Source: Sphingopyxis sp.
GTDB lineage: Bacteria; Pseudomonadota; Alphaproteobacteria; Sphingomonadales; Sphingomonadaceae
Direction: 5' to 3'
Assembly: GCA_030148985.1 (NCBI GenBank)
Contig: JASBSJ010000082.1
Location: 1,558-65,557 of the forward strand
Length of the DNA stretch: 64,000 nt
Made by a program: the position numbers and the translations under genes. This document shows, one piece after another, positions 48,783-57,526 of the stretch (its first letter is position 1; every line of letters starts with the position of its first letter). The notes under the pieces were generated by a model. It was not told where the DNA came from, ran no database searches, and saw only the letters and a program-made list of their open reading frames with translations.

Positions 48783-50108
48783 TCAGCCCGGATCGGCGCG
48801 CCGATTGACAAGCGCGGCAAGTGCGCCCGACAGCGCGAGCGGGATGGCGAAGCACAGGAAGACGATCCACAGCGGCAACTGCTGTCCAAGCAGGAAACCG
48901 CCGAGCAACGGCCCGATCACCGATCCGCCGCGACCGATGCCGATCGCCCAACCGATCCCCGAACTGCGGACTTCGGTTGGGTAGATCTGCGCCGCCAACG
49001 AATAGAAGCCGCTGAACCCGCCCTGCACCGCAAGTCCCATGCCGACCGCGACCCCCAGCACCGCGACCAGCGGCATCGGCTGGCTGAACACCACCAGCAA
49101 CACCGCGCCGGCCAGCATATAGGTGCGGATCAGCCAGCCGATGTCGCGTTTGGTCGCCAGCCAGCCAATGCTGGTCGTCCCGATAATCCCGCCGACGTTG
49201 AAGACCGATCCGGCCCACAGCGAATTGGCCGCGCTGAGCCCCGCTTCCGACGCCAGGCGCGGGATCCAGCTGGTCACGAAATAGAGCACCAGATAGCCGA
49301 GGAAGATCGACAACCACAAAATGAGCGTCGATTTCCACCGTTCGCCCGCGAACAAATGCCCCAGCTTCGGAACGGCACTACGACTGCGCGGCGGCGGCAG
49401 GCTGTCCAGTTGCGGCAAACGGAGGCGGACCCGCAGCGCATTAATCTTGGCCAGCGCGCCGACGGGCTGGCGGTTCTGGAGAAAGTCGAGCGACTCTGGC
49501 AGGAGCATGAAGGCAAAAGGCAGCACCACTGCGCTGACCACCGCTGTGCCCAGCAAGGTCGCTTGCCAGCCAAATTGCGGGATCGACCAGATCGATACCA
49601 GGCCGGTCAGTACCGCGCCAATCGGATAACCCGCCTGAAAACAGCCGATCGCGATACTGCGCTTGCCTGGCGGCGCATATTCGCTCGCCAACGCGGCGAC
49701 GCTGGCAAGCAAGGTGCCGATACCTAGGCCAGTCAGAAAGCGGAATCCGATAAAGGCGGGAATCGTCTGGACCAGACCCGTACCGAATGCGCCGATCGTG
49801 ATTACCACCAGCGCGCCGAGCACGACCGGACGCCGCCCGATTCCGTCGGCCAGCGGCGCGATCAGGATCGAACCCAGCATCATGCCGACCAGTCCGGCGC
49901 TGAAGATCACCCCCAACACCTCGAAACTGACCCCCCAGTCCTCAGCCATTGCGGGAGCGATGTAGGAGATTATCAGCACATCCATGCCATCAAGCATGTT
50001 GATCACAGTGCAGATTGCGACCACCATGATCTGAATAGGGGCCCAGCTCGCGGCGCCGGTCGGTGCTGCTTGAAGGTCGCCTGTCGTGCCGGTTGCCGCC
50101 ATTCTCAT
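48783..50108 (-). CDS. MFS transporter, aromatic acid:H+ symporter (AAHS)-like
   Basis: NMLDGMD, LADGIGRRP, RFLTGLGIG, ASEYAP, IYPTEVRSSGIGWAIGIGRGG. Confidence 0.9.
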   Translation of the reverse strand: MRMAATGTTGDLQAAPTGAASWAPIQIMVVAICTVINMLDGMDVLIISYIAPAMAEDWGVSFEVLGVIFSAGLVGMMLGSILIAPLADGIGRRPVVLGALVVITIGAFGTGLVQTIPAFIGFRFLTGLGIGTLLASVAALASEYAPPGKRSIAIGCFQAGYPIGAVLTGLVSIWSIPQFGWQATLLGTAVVSAVVLPFAFMLLPESLDFLQNRQPVGALAKINALRVRLRLPQLDSLPPPRSRSAVPKLGHLFAGERWKSTLILWLSIFLGYLVLYFVTSWIPRLASEAGLSAANSLWAGSVFNVGGIIGTTSIGWLATKRDIGWLIRTYMLAGAVLLVVFSQPMPLVAVLGVAVGMGLAVQGGFSGFYSLAAQIYPTEVRSSGIGWAIGIGRGGSVIGPLLGGFLLGQQLPLWIVFLCFAIPLALSGALAALVNRRADPG

Positions 50109-50163
50109 GTCCCCTGCTGCTGCCGAAGGAGATATTACGCGGCGATGACGAAGCGGCAAGTTA

Positions 50164-50185
50164 TTTGTTATAGATTTATAACTTT
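50164..50185. promoter_or_regulatory. Putative GntR operator, copy 4
   Basis: TTTGTTATA-GATT-TATAACTTT in the divergent MFS/GntR promoter. Confidence 0.7.
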
Positions 50186-50314
50186 ATAGCAAATTTCACC
50201 TTCAACCCGGCAAACGGCTTCCCACGCGCCGAACTGCTAAGTTATAGAGGCAGCGGCAATGCCCAACGGGCGCTTGCCCATATATGCGCCCTTAATCGCG
50301 CGGAGAGGGATTGG

Positions 50315-51088
50315 ATGATCAGCGGCAACCGGGAATTATCCAGCGTCGATCGCAAGACCGCCGTTCCCCTTTATCATCAGATTTTCGTGCAGCTGCGCGA
50401 TGAAATAGTTTCGGGCAGCCGCCCGTACGGCTCGCTTGTTCCCACCGAACAGGAATTATCGGACAGCTTCGGTGTATCGCGGATCACCGCGCGCCGCGCG
50501 CTGGACGAGTTGGCGCTACAACATTTCGTCGAGCGCAAGCGCCGCGTCGGCACGCGCGTCATTTATGACCTGCCGGTGCGGCCGATTGAGGCCGATATTG
50601 GCAAGGCCGTCGATTCGCTCGTGACCTTTGGCCGCAAGACCAAAGTGACTGTGCTCGAACTGACGCGCGAGGACGTGCACGATCCAGTCGCCTCGCTGCT
50701 CGGCGTCTCATCGGGAACGCGTGTCCTGCGCGCGGTGCGTCTGCGCTGGCTCGATGGCGAGCCGCTGGGGTTGACGATCGCCCATGTGCCAGAAGCGCTC
50801 AGCTTCGCAATCACCGAAAAGAGCCTGAGGCAAACTCCGATCCTCAACCTGGTTCAGCAATCGGGTCGCGAGTTTGGGGATGCGGCGCAGACGATTGCGG
50901 CGGTTTCGGCCGATCCGGCGATGGCGGCCGCGCTCAAGATCGACTCGATGGCGCCCTTGTTGCGGATCACCCGCGCGTTTCGCGACAAGGGTGGCGAACC
51001 GATGCTGCTGACGCAGGCTTTTTATCGCGCAGATCGGTACCAGATGCGCTTCGACCTGCAATCGAGCACGCTCCACGCCGAAGTCTGA
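50315..51088 (+). CDS. GntR family regulator, HutC/UTRA subfamily
   Basis: PLYHQI, VPTEQELSDSFGVSRITARRALDEL HTH, UTRA-type C-terminus (YRADRY). Confidence 0.93.
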   Translation: MISGNRELSSVDRKTAVPLYHQIFVQLRDEIVSGSRPYGSLVPTEQELSDSFGVSRITARRALDELALQHFVERKRRVGTRVIYDLPVRPIEADIGKAVDSLVTFGRKTKVTVLELTREDVHDPVASLLGVSSGTRVLRAVRLRWLDGEPLGLTIAHVPEALSFAITEKSLRQTPILNLVQQSGREFGDAAQTIAAVSADPAMAAALKIDSMAPLLRITRAFRDKGGEPMLLTQAFYRADRYQMRFDLQSSTLHAEV

Positions 51089-51137
51089 GCCGCAAAAAAT
51101 CGGTCGGACACCCTTGCCATTTCATGCGCTTCAGTTA

Positions 51138-51159
51138 TTTGTTATATAAATAGTACAAA
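51138..51159. promoter_or_regulatory. Putative GntR operator, copy 5
   Basis: TTTGTTATA-TAAA-TAGTACAAA directly before the GAGGAG RBS of the lyase. Confidence 0.75.
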
Positions 51160-51174
51160 TGAGGAGCGTCAGCG

Positions 51175-52137
51175 GTGGCCGATCCGATGGACCATATCGA
51201 CATATTGGTGAGCGAGGTCGGTCCGCGCGACGGGCTGCAGAGCATCGCCACCATCATGTCGCTGGACGCCAAAAAGGCGTGGATCGACGCCGAGGCTGCC
51301 GCCGGTGTCCGCGAGATCGAGGTGGGCAGCTTCGTTCCCGCCAAGCTGCTGCCGCAGCTGGCCGATACCGCCGAACTGGTCGCCCATGCCCGAACCATTC
51401 CGGGCCTGACCGTCGCGGTATTGGTTCCCAACGCCAAAGGAGCGGAAGCGGCGATTCGGGCCGGCGCGCACAAGATCACCCTACCGCTTTCCGTCTCCGA
51501 AACGCACAGTCTCGCCAACCTGCGACGCTCGCACGAACAGGTTATCGACGAGGCGGTGACCATCGCCAATCTAATCCGCGCATTGCCTGCGGCCGATCGA
51601 CCGTATTTCGAAGGCAGCCTGTCGACGGCGTTCGGCTGCACGCTGGAGGGGCCGATTCCCGACGCCCAGATTGCCCGTCTCGCCGCGACGCTGATGGATG
51701 CAGGCTGCGACGAGGTCGGGCTATCGGACACGACGGGCTATGCCGATCCGCGCGCAGTGAAGCATCTCATCCGGCTGGTGCGCAGCGTCGTCGGCGACGA
51801 TGCGCTGACCGGCATCCATCTGCACAACACGCGCGGCCTGGGGCTCGCCAATGCGCTCGCGGCGCTCGAATGCGGCCTGACCACGCTCGATGCGTCGCTG
51901 GGCGGCCTCGGCGGATGCCCGTTCGCGCCCGGCGCGAGCGGCAATATTGTGACCGAAGATCTGGTGTTCATGCTCGAGGCGATGGGTCTGCGCACCGGCA
52001 TCGACATCGACCGCCTGCTGGCGGTGCGCGAGATCGTCACCGCGGCGCTGCCGCACGAGCAAATGTACGGCTTCCTTCCCGATGCGAAACTGCCGCTTGG
52101 CTTCAAGCCTGCCCACAGCCTGGAGAATGTCGGATGA
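51175..52137 (+). CDS. HMG-CoA lyase family protein
   Basis: EVGPRDGLQ, AFGC, LSDTTG, HLHNTRG, GGLGGCPFAPGASGN. Confidence 0.94.
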   Translation: MADPMDHIDILVSEVGPRDGLQSIATIMSLDAKKAWIDAEAAAGVREIEVGSFVPAKLLPQLADTAELVAHARTIPGLTVAVLVPNAKGAEAAIRAGAHKITLPLSVSETHSLANLRRSHEQVIDEAVTIANLIRALPAADRPYFEGSLSTAFGCTLEGPIPDAQIARLAATLMDAGCDEVGLSDTTGYADPRAVKHLIRLVRSVVGDDALTGIHLHNTRGLGLANALAALECGLTTLDASLGGLGGCPFAPGASGNIVTEDLVFMLEAMGLRTGIDIDRLLAVREIVTAALPHEQMYGFLPDAKLPLGFKPAHSLENVG

Positions 52138-52826
52138 GCGAAATCGTCGGAACGCGGATGGTCAGCGACGGCAAGACCGCGCGGCAAATCTTCGAAGAGG
52201 TGATGGCCAATCCGGCCCGCGCCAAGTTCGGCTTCGGCAGCAAGCTCGCCGTGGTCAATGTCGATCTCCAGAACGCTTATACGCGGATCGATCGCTACAA
52301 GACTGCTTACGAAACCGATCCGCGCCAGATCGAACATATCAATAGGATCTCCGCCCTTGCGCGCGCGAAGGCGATGCCGGTGATCTGGACCCATGTTGCT
52401 TATGCCGAGGACGCAAGCGATGCCGGCATATGGGGCACGCGCACGAACACGCCCGACAGCCTGCAGAACATCAAGTACGACAGCGACCGCCACGCTTTCG
52501 ACGAACGCTGCGACATCGCCCCCGGCGACGCGGTCTATACCAAGCGGATGCCTTCGCCGTTCTTCGAGACCCCGCTCCAGAGCCTGCTAGTGTGGCACAA
52601 GGTGGATACCGTCGTCATCACCGGCGGCTCCACCTCGGGCTGCGTCCGCGCCGCCGCAGTGGACAGCCTCAGCCGCGGCTATCGCACGATCGTGCCGATC
52701 GAGACCTGCGCCGACAAGCATGAGAGCTATCATTTCGCCAATCTGACCGACCTCCAGCTGAAATATGCGGATGTCGAACCGGTGCAGACCGTTATCGACT
52801 GGCTCGAGGCCCAGACCGATGCGTGA
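52134..52826 (+). CDS. Isochorismatase-family cysteine amidase (maleamate amidohydrolase / N-carbamoylsarcosine amidase-like)
   Basis: Catalytic D (NVDLQ), K (TKRMPS) and C (GGSTSGCVRA); NLTDLQLKYADV. Confidence 0.88.
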   Translation: MSEIVGTRMVSDGKTARQIFEEVMANPARAKFGFGSKLAVVNVDLQNAYTRIDRYKTAYETDPRQIEHINRISALARAKAMPVIWTHVAYAEDASDAGIWGTRTNTPDSLQNIKYDSDRHAFDERCDIAPGDAVYTKRMPSPFFETPLQSLLVWHKVDTVVITGGSTSGCVRAAAVDSLSRGYRTIVPIETCADKHESYHFANLTDLQLKYADVEPVQTVIDWLEAQTDA

Positions 52827-53694
52827 GGGCGAGAAAGATCCCGGCCTCTATGATTTCCGCCCTTATCGTGGGCGCCCGAAGCTGGCCTGGCCCGATGGCA
52901 AGCAGGTTGCGGTCTGGGTCTCGCCCAATATCGAATTCTACGAACTCGATCCGCCCGCCAATCCCCATCGCAAGAGCTGGCCCAGGCCCCACCCGGACGT
53001 CGTCGGCTACAGCCACCGCGATTACGGAAACCGCGTCGGCCATTGGCGTCTTGCAGAGGCAATGTCGCGGCACGGCTTCCCGGGGTCGGTCAGCCTGTCG
53101 GTGGCGATGTGCCAACATCTGCCGGAGGTGGTTGCCGATGCCGCCGCGCGCGGCTGGGAGTTTTTCAGCCACGGAATCTACAACACCCGCTACAGTTACG
53201 GGATGGACGAGGCCCAGGAACGCGCGCTGATCGAGGATTCGATCCGCACCGTTCGCGAGGCGACCGGGCAGACGATCAAGGGCTGGCTCGCCCCCGCGCT
53301 GACCCACACGCCGCGCACGCTGGATCTGATCGCCGAATATGGCCTGTCCTATACCTGCGACCTCTATCACGACGACCAGCCGGGCGAGGTGCATGTGAAG
53401 TCGGGGCGTTTGATCTCGATGCCCTACAGCCTGGAGGTCAACGACCACTACGGCTTCTTCGTCTACAACATGTCGCCGCGCGACTATGCCGATACGCTGA
53501 TCCGGCAATATCAGCGGCTGGCCGACGAAGGCGGCACGGTGATGTGCATTCCGCTCCACGCCTATCTGATCGGCCAGCCGCATCGCATCGGTCCGTTCGA
53601 GGAGGTGCTCCGGCACATTGCCGCCGACGGCCGCGCCTGGATTACCCGGAGCGGCGACATCGCCGATCATTATATGCAGCAGGTGGCGGCATGA
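52819..53694 (+). CDS. Polysaccharide deacetylase-fold hydrolase (PuuE-like), copy 1
   Basis: WPDGKQVAVWV, RDYGNRVG, WEFFSHG, KGWLAP, HDDQP, LHAYLIGQPHRI. Confidence 0.88.
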   Translation: MREGEKDPGLYDFRPYRGRPKLAWPDGKQVAVWVSPNIEFYELDPPANPHRKSWPRPHPDVVGYSHRDYGNRVGHWRLAEAMSRHGFPGSVSLSVAMCQHLPEVVADAAARGWEFFSHGIYNTRYSYGMDEAQERALIEDSIRTVREATGQTIKGWLAPALTHTPRTLDLIAEYGLSYTCDLYHDDQPGEVHVKSGRLISMPYSLEVNDHYGFFVYNMSPRDYADTLIRQYQRLADEGGTVMCIPLHAYLIGQPHRIGPFEEVLRHIAADGRAWITRSGDIADHYMQQVAA

Positions 53695-54608
53695 GCCTCG
53701 ATCCGGCCTATCTCGACTATCCGCTGCGCAAGCGCGGCATGGATCACGGCTATTACCCCTATTCCAACCTGTTCGAACGGCCGCCGCTCGCCTGGCCATC
53801 GGGGAAGGCCGTTGCGGTAGCGATCGTCGTCAATCTCGAGTGGTTTCCGATCCTGCCCGCTGACAAGCCGTTTCGCGCGCCGGGGCATATGGTCACGCCC
53901 TATCCCGATTATCGGCATTATACCGCGCGCGAATATGGCACGCGGGTCGGCTTCTACCGGATGCTCGATGCGTTCGCGAAAGTCGGCGCGCGGGTCTCGG
54001 TCGCGGCCAATGGCGCGATCGCCGAACGCTATCCGCAGATCATCGCCGATATTCTTGCCGATGGTCATGAAATCGTGGCGCATTCGACCGACATGAACGG
54101 CACCATCGCTTCGGGGCTGCCCGAGGACGAGGAACGCGCGCTGATCGCCGCCGCGCTCGACGCGTTGGAACGGGTCACAGGGATGCGGCCGCGCGGGTGG
54201 ATGTCGATCGCGCGTTCACAATCATTCAACACCCCGCGCCTGCTCGCCGAGGCGGGGCTGGCCTATATGGCCGACTGGGTGAACGACGAATTGCCTTATC
54301 GCTTCGAAACCGGCGCAGGCGCCATCGTCAATGTGCCGGTCAATCACGAGCTTTCCGACCGGCAGATCGTGACCGTCCAGCAGCAGTCGGCCGATTCCTA
54401 TGTCGAACAGATGATGGACGCATACGCGCTCATAAAGAGCGAAGCGTCGGCGCTCGGCGCCAGCCGCATGTTGCCGTTGAACGTCACGCCCTATGTAATG
54501 GGTCTGCCTTATCGGATCGGCGCGCTCGAGCGGTTGCTAGGTTGGTTGGCCAATCAGGACGATGCCGCTTTTCATAGCCTCAGCGAGATCGGAGCTGCCC
54601 TGCGCTGA
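53691..54608 (+). CDS. Polysaccharide deacetylase-fold hydrolase (PuuE-like), copy 2
   Basis: WPSGKAVAV, REYGTRVG, HEIVAHS, RGWMS, NDELPY, TPYVMGLPYRI; ATGA coupling. Confidence 0.88.
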   Translation: MSLDPAYLDYPLRKRGMDHGYYPYSNLFERPPLAWPSGKAVAVAIVVNLEWFPILPADKPFRAPGHMVTPYPDYRHYTAREYGTRVGFYRMLDAFAKVGARVSVAANGAIAERYPQIIADILADGHEIVAHSTDMNGTIASGLPEDEERALIAAALDALERVTGMRPRGWMSIARSQSFNTPRLLAEAGLAYMADWVNDELPYRFETGAGAIVNVPVNHELSDRQIVTVQQQSADSYVEQMMDAYALIKSEASALGASRMLPLNVTPYVMGLPYRIGALERLLGWLANQDDAAFHSLSEIGAALR

Positions 54609-54771
54609 GGGGGGACTGGTGCGGTAATTCAACGATCCAATACGCGAACATTTGCGCAATTCACTATGGTAGAGGGCGCCAAATGCCAGATCGATGATTC
54701 TTGGGTCGCGGCGTCTCGAACCGGAAGCATCTCACCGCACTTCGGATATTCGTCCAAGCGAAAACACCGGC

Positions 54772-54846
54772 TGGCTGGGGCGGCAGGATTCGAACCTGCG
54801 AATGGCGGCATCAAAAGCCGCTGCCTTACCACTTGGCGACGCCCCA
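54772..54846 (-). tRNA. tRNA-Gln(TTG)
   Basis: Minus strand TGGGGCG...GCGGC-TTTTGAT-GCCGC...GGTTCGAATCC...CGCCCCAGCCA. Confidence 0.97.
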
Positions 54847-54866
54847 ACGGGCCGGTGCGAGCGCGC

Positions 54867-54894
54867 TCTATAGCGTCTTGATATGCGTTGGCAA
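54867..54894 (-). promoter_or_regulatory. Sigma70-type promoter of tRNA-Gln
   Basis: TTGCCA-N16-TATAGA, followed by a GC-rich discriminator. Confidence 0.55.
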
Positions 54895-54903
54895 GGCGAC
54901 CGC

Positions 54904-55989
54904 TTAGAGGCGTGTCACCCAACCATGCGGGTCGGCGGCGCGGCCGCGCTGGATGTCGACCAGCTTGCCCTTGAGCATTTCGGTGACCTGTCCGGGGCCG
55001 CCAGCGCCAATGGTAAAGCTGGTGTCGCCGCGCGTCACCTTGCCGACCGGGGTGACCACCGCGGCGGTGCCGCAGGCAAAGCTTTCGGTGAGGCGGCCGC
55101 TTTCCGCATCGGCCTGCCACTGGTCGATCGCATAGGGCTCCTCGCGCACCGCAAGGCCGGCGTCGCGGGCGAGCGTGATGATCGCGTCGCGGGTGATGCC
55201 GGGCAGGATCGTGCCGGTGAGCGGCGGGGTGATGAGGCTGCCGTCATCGAAGACGAAGAACATATTCATGCCGCCCAGTTCCTCGATCCAGCGGCGCTCG
55301 GCGGCGTCGAGGAAGACGACCTGGTCGTGCCCCTTGGCAATCGCCTCACGCTGCGCGACGAGGCTGGAGGCATAATTGCCGCCGCATTTCGCAGCGCCTG
55401 TGCCGCCGGGAGCGGCGCGGGTATAATCCTCCGACACCCAGAGCGAGATCGCCGGCGCGCCCGACTTGAAATAATTGCCCACCGGCGAGGTGATGACAAG
55501 GAATTGATATTCCGCCGCGGGCTTGACCCCCAGGAACACTTCGCTCGCGAACATGAAGGGGCGCAGATAGAGCGCACCGCCATCGACCGGCGGGAACCAG
55601 TTGGCGTCCGCGGCGACGGCTTCCTTCACCGCGGCGATGAACAGTTCCTCGGGCAGCTCGGCCATCGCCATGCGGCGCGCGCTGGCGTTGAAGCGCGCGG
55701 CATTGGCTTCGACGCGGAACAGCGCCATCGACCCGTCGTCGAGCCGGTAGGCCTTCAGCCCTTCGAAAATTTCCTGCGCATAATGCAGCACCGCGGTTGC
55801 CGGATCGAGCGTCAGCGGCCCACGCGGCATCACTTGCGCATCGTGCCAGCCCTGCCCTTCGGTATAGCGGATCGACACCATATGGTCGGTGAAAACGCGC
55901 CCAAACGCCGGGTCGGCAATCGCCGCCGCGCGTACGTCGTCGGCCACGGGATTGGGGTGGGGCAGACGGGTAAAGGCGGGAGCGGACAT
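54904..55989 (-). CDS. ilvE: Branched-chain amino acid aminotransferase
   Basis: FTDHM, LHYAQEIFEGLKAY, LYLRP, AKCGGNY, ILPGITR, CGTAAVV. Confidence 0.95.
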   Translation of the reverse strand: MSAPAFTRLPHPNPVADDVRAAAIADPAFGRVFTDHMVSIRYTEGQGWHDAQVMPRGPLTLDPATAVLHYAQEIFEGLKAYRLDDGSMALFRVEANAARFNASARRMAMAELPEELFIAAVKEAVAADANWFPPVDGGALYLRPFMFASEVFLGVKPAAEYQFLVITSPVGNYFKSGAPAISLWVSEDYTRAAPGGTGAAKCGGNYASSLVAQREAIAKGHDQVVFLDAAERRWIEELGGMNMFFVFDDGSLITPPLTGTILPGITRDAIITLARDAGLAVREEPYAIDQWQADAESGRLTESFACGTAAVVTPVGKVTRGDTSFTIGAGGPGQVTEMLKGKLVDIQRGRAADPHGWVTRL

Positions 55990-56065
55990 CAAAAACACCT
56001 GTTGCTGGCGGTTTATGGAGCGCGCCTATTGCCAAAGACGGGCGCGGCGCGCAACGGTAGCGACT

Positions 56066-56578
56066 ATGCCGGATGAAAATTTTCTTTCACAAGTACCCGC
56101 CGCCTCTGCCCTTTTCTTGCGCGAGGAAGAGGTGCGCCGCGGCATCGAATTTCTGTTCTTTGCCCATGCCTCGCTATGGCGCGCGATCGACGCGCGGCTT
56201 GCCGAAAAGGATCTGGGGCGGGCGCATTATCGCGCGCTTTATTTCATCGCGCGCCAGCCGGGACTGACGATTTCGGATCTGCTCGCGCTGCTCGGCATCA
56301 CCAAGCAATCGCTGGGGCGGGTGGTGAAGGAGCTCGAGGCACGCGACCTGGTGGCGACGCGCCCCGGCAATCGCGACCGGCGAGCCAAGGAACTGCGCCT
56401 GACCGACAGCGGCCGTATCGCCGAGCGCGAGATTTTCGGCGCGCTGCGCGACGCGATGAGCCGCGCCTATACCCACGCGGGGCAGCAGGCGGTCACGGGG
56501 TTTTGGCAAGTCAGCGAAGCGCTTGTCCCCGCGGGCGATCGGCGGCGTATCGCCGCGCTGGGGAAGGACGCGGGCTGA
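56066..56578 (+). CDS. MarR family regulator (PetP-like)
   Basis: LGRAHYRALYFI, LGITKQSLGRV, DRRAKELRLT; divergent from ilvE. Confidence 0.9.
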   Translation: MPDENFLSQVPAASALFLREEEVRRGIEFLFFAHASLWRAIDARLAEKDLGRAHYRALYFIARQPGLTISDLLALLGITKQSLGRVVKELEARDLVATRPGNRDRRAKELRLTDSGRIAEREIFGALRDAMSRAYTHAGQQAVTGFWQVSEALVPAGDRRRIAALGKDAG

Positions 56579-56587
56579 GCAAAAAAA

Positions 56588-56677
56588 CGTCGCCCCCGCG
56601 AAGGCGGGGGCCGCTGTCAGCCTTGCCCTTCATCACCGCGTAAACCTCCAGCGGCCCCCGCCTTCGCGGGGGCGACG
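56588..56677. repeat. 90-bp REP-doublet-like palindromic element (family C), copy 1
   Basis: Perfect 29-bp inverted arms CGTCGCCCCCGCGAAGGCGGGGGCCGCTG around a 32-bp spacer. Confidence 0.9.
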
Positions 56678-56680
56678 CTA

Positions 56681-57511
56681 TCAGCCCTCGCCGCGCGCAA
56701 TATCGGCAAGCTCGCGCCCGCGATCGCGCGCCGCGCGCAGCACATGGGTGAGCAGCGCCGCGAGCTGGCCGTCGCTGTCGAGTATGTCGAGCCCCGCCTG
56801 CGTCGTGCCGCCCTTGCTCGCGACCTGGGCGATCAGCGTGCCAGGCTTTTCCCCGCTTTCGGCAAGCAACGCGGTCGCCCCGCCAAAGGTCGCGGTCGCA
56901 AGTTTCAGGGCGTCTTCCGCCGACAAGCCCAGCCGTTCGCCCGCCGCCGCATAGGATTCGATCAAACGAAAGACGAAAGCCGGGCCGCTGCCGGTAAAGG
57001 CGGTGACGAGGTCCATCGTCGTGTCGTCGCCCAGCGCGACGACGGTGCCGAGAGGGTCGAGCAGCGCCGTGACCGCCGCCATGTCGGCATCGCCGCTGCT
57101 CGCCACCGCCGACACGCCCGCGCCGATGCGCGCGGCGAGATTGGGCAGGATACGCACCTGGGCTTTTGCCGCAGGAAAGCGCGCCGCAAGATCGGCGAGC
57201 GAAACCCCGGCGAGGATCGAGAGCAGGTGCGCGTCGCCGGTCACGACATCGGCAAGGTCGCTCGCCACGTCGCCAAGCTGCTGCGGCTTCATGCCGAGCA
57301 TGATCCAGTTGGCGGTGCCGCCCGCGGCGCGCCATTCGGCCAGCGATACGAATTGGGCGACGCCCTCGCGCGGCGCGGCAAAGGGATCGACGATCGTCAC
57401 CGCCGCGGCGTCAAGCCCGGCCTTCAGCCAGCGGTCGAGCATCGCGCCCGCCATATTTCCGCACCCGACCAGCAGCATCCGGCCGGCAAAACCCTGCAAA
57501 TTACTCGTCAT
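56681..57511 (-). CDS. proC: Pyrroline-5-carboxylate reductase
   Basis: GCGNMA, KPQ, SILAG, TAFTGSGPAF, VASKGGTT. Confidence 0.95.
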   Translation of the reverse strand: MTSNLQGFAGRMLLVGCGNMAGAMLDRWLKAGLDAAAVTIVDPFAAPREGVAQFVSLAEWRAAGGTANWIMLGMKPQQLGDVASDLADVVTGDAHLLSILAGVSLADLAARFPAAKAQVRILPNLAARIGAGVSAVASSGDADMAAVTALLDPLGTVVALGDDTTMDLVTAFTGSGPAFVFRLIESYAAAGERLGLSAEDALKLATATFGGATALLAESGEKPGTLIAQVASKGGTTQAGLDILDSDGQLAALLTHVLRAARDRGRELADIARGEG

Positions 57512-57526
57512 AATCTCTGATTCTCT

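Larger units (their letters stand above)
7151..54771. mobile_element. Accessory catabolic island between convergent tRNA-Asn and tRNA-Gln; no integrase
   Basis: Only transport, catabolic, regulatory and stress genes lie between the two tRNA 3' ends. The region has four TBDR modules plus IS and gene fragments at joints. No att direct repeat was found by eye. Confidence 0.6.

Noticed and set aside
51159-54608. Long ORFs 51159-52826 and 53043-54608 as fusions or programmed frameshifts
   Set aside because: They are explained by overlapping stop/start coupling at 52134, 52819 and 53691. No slippery site was seen.
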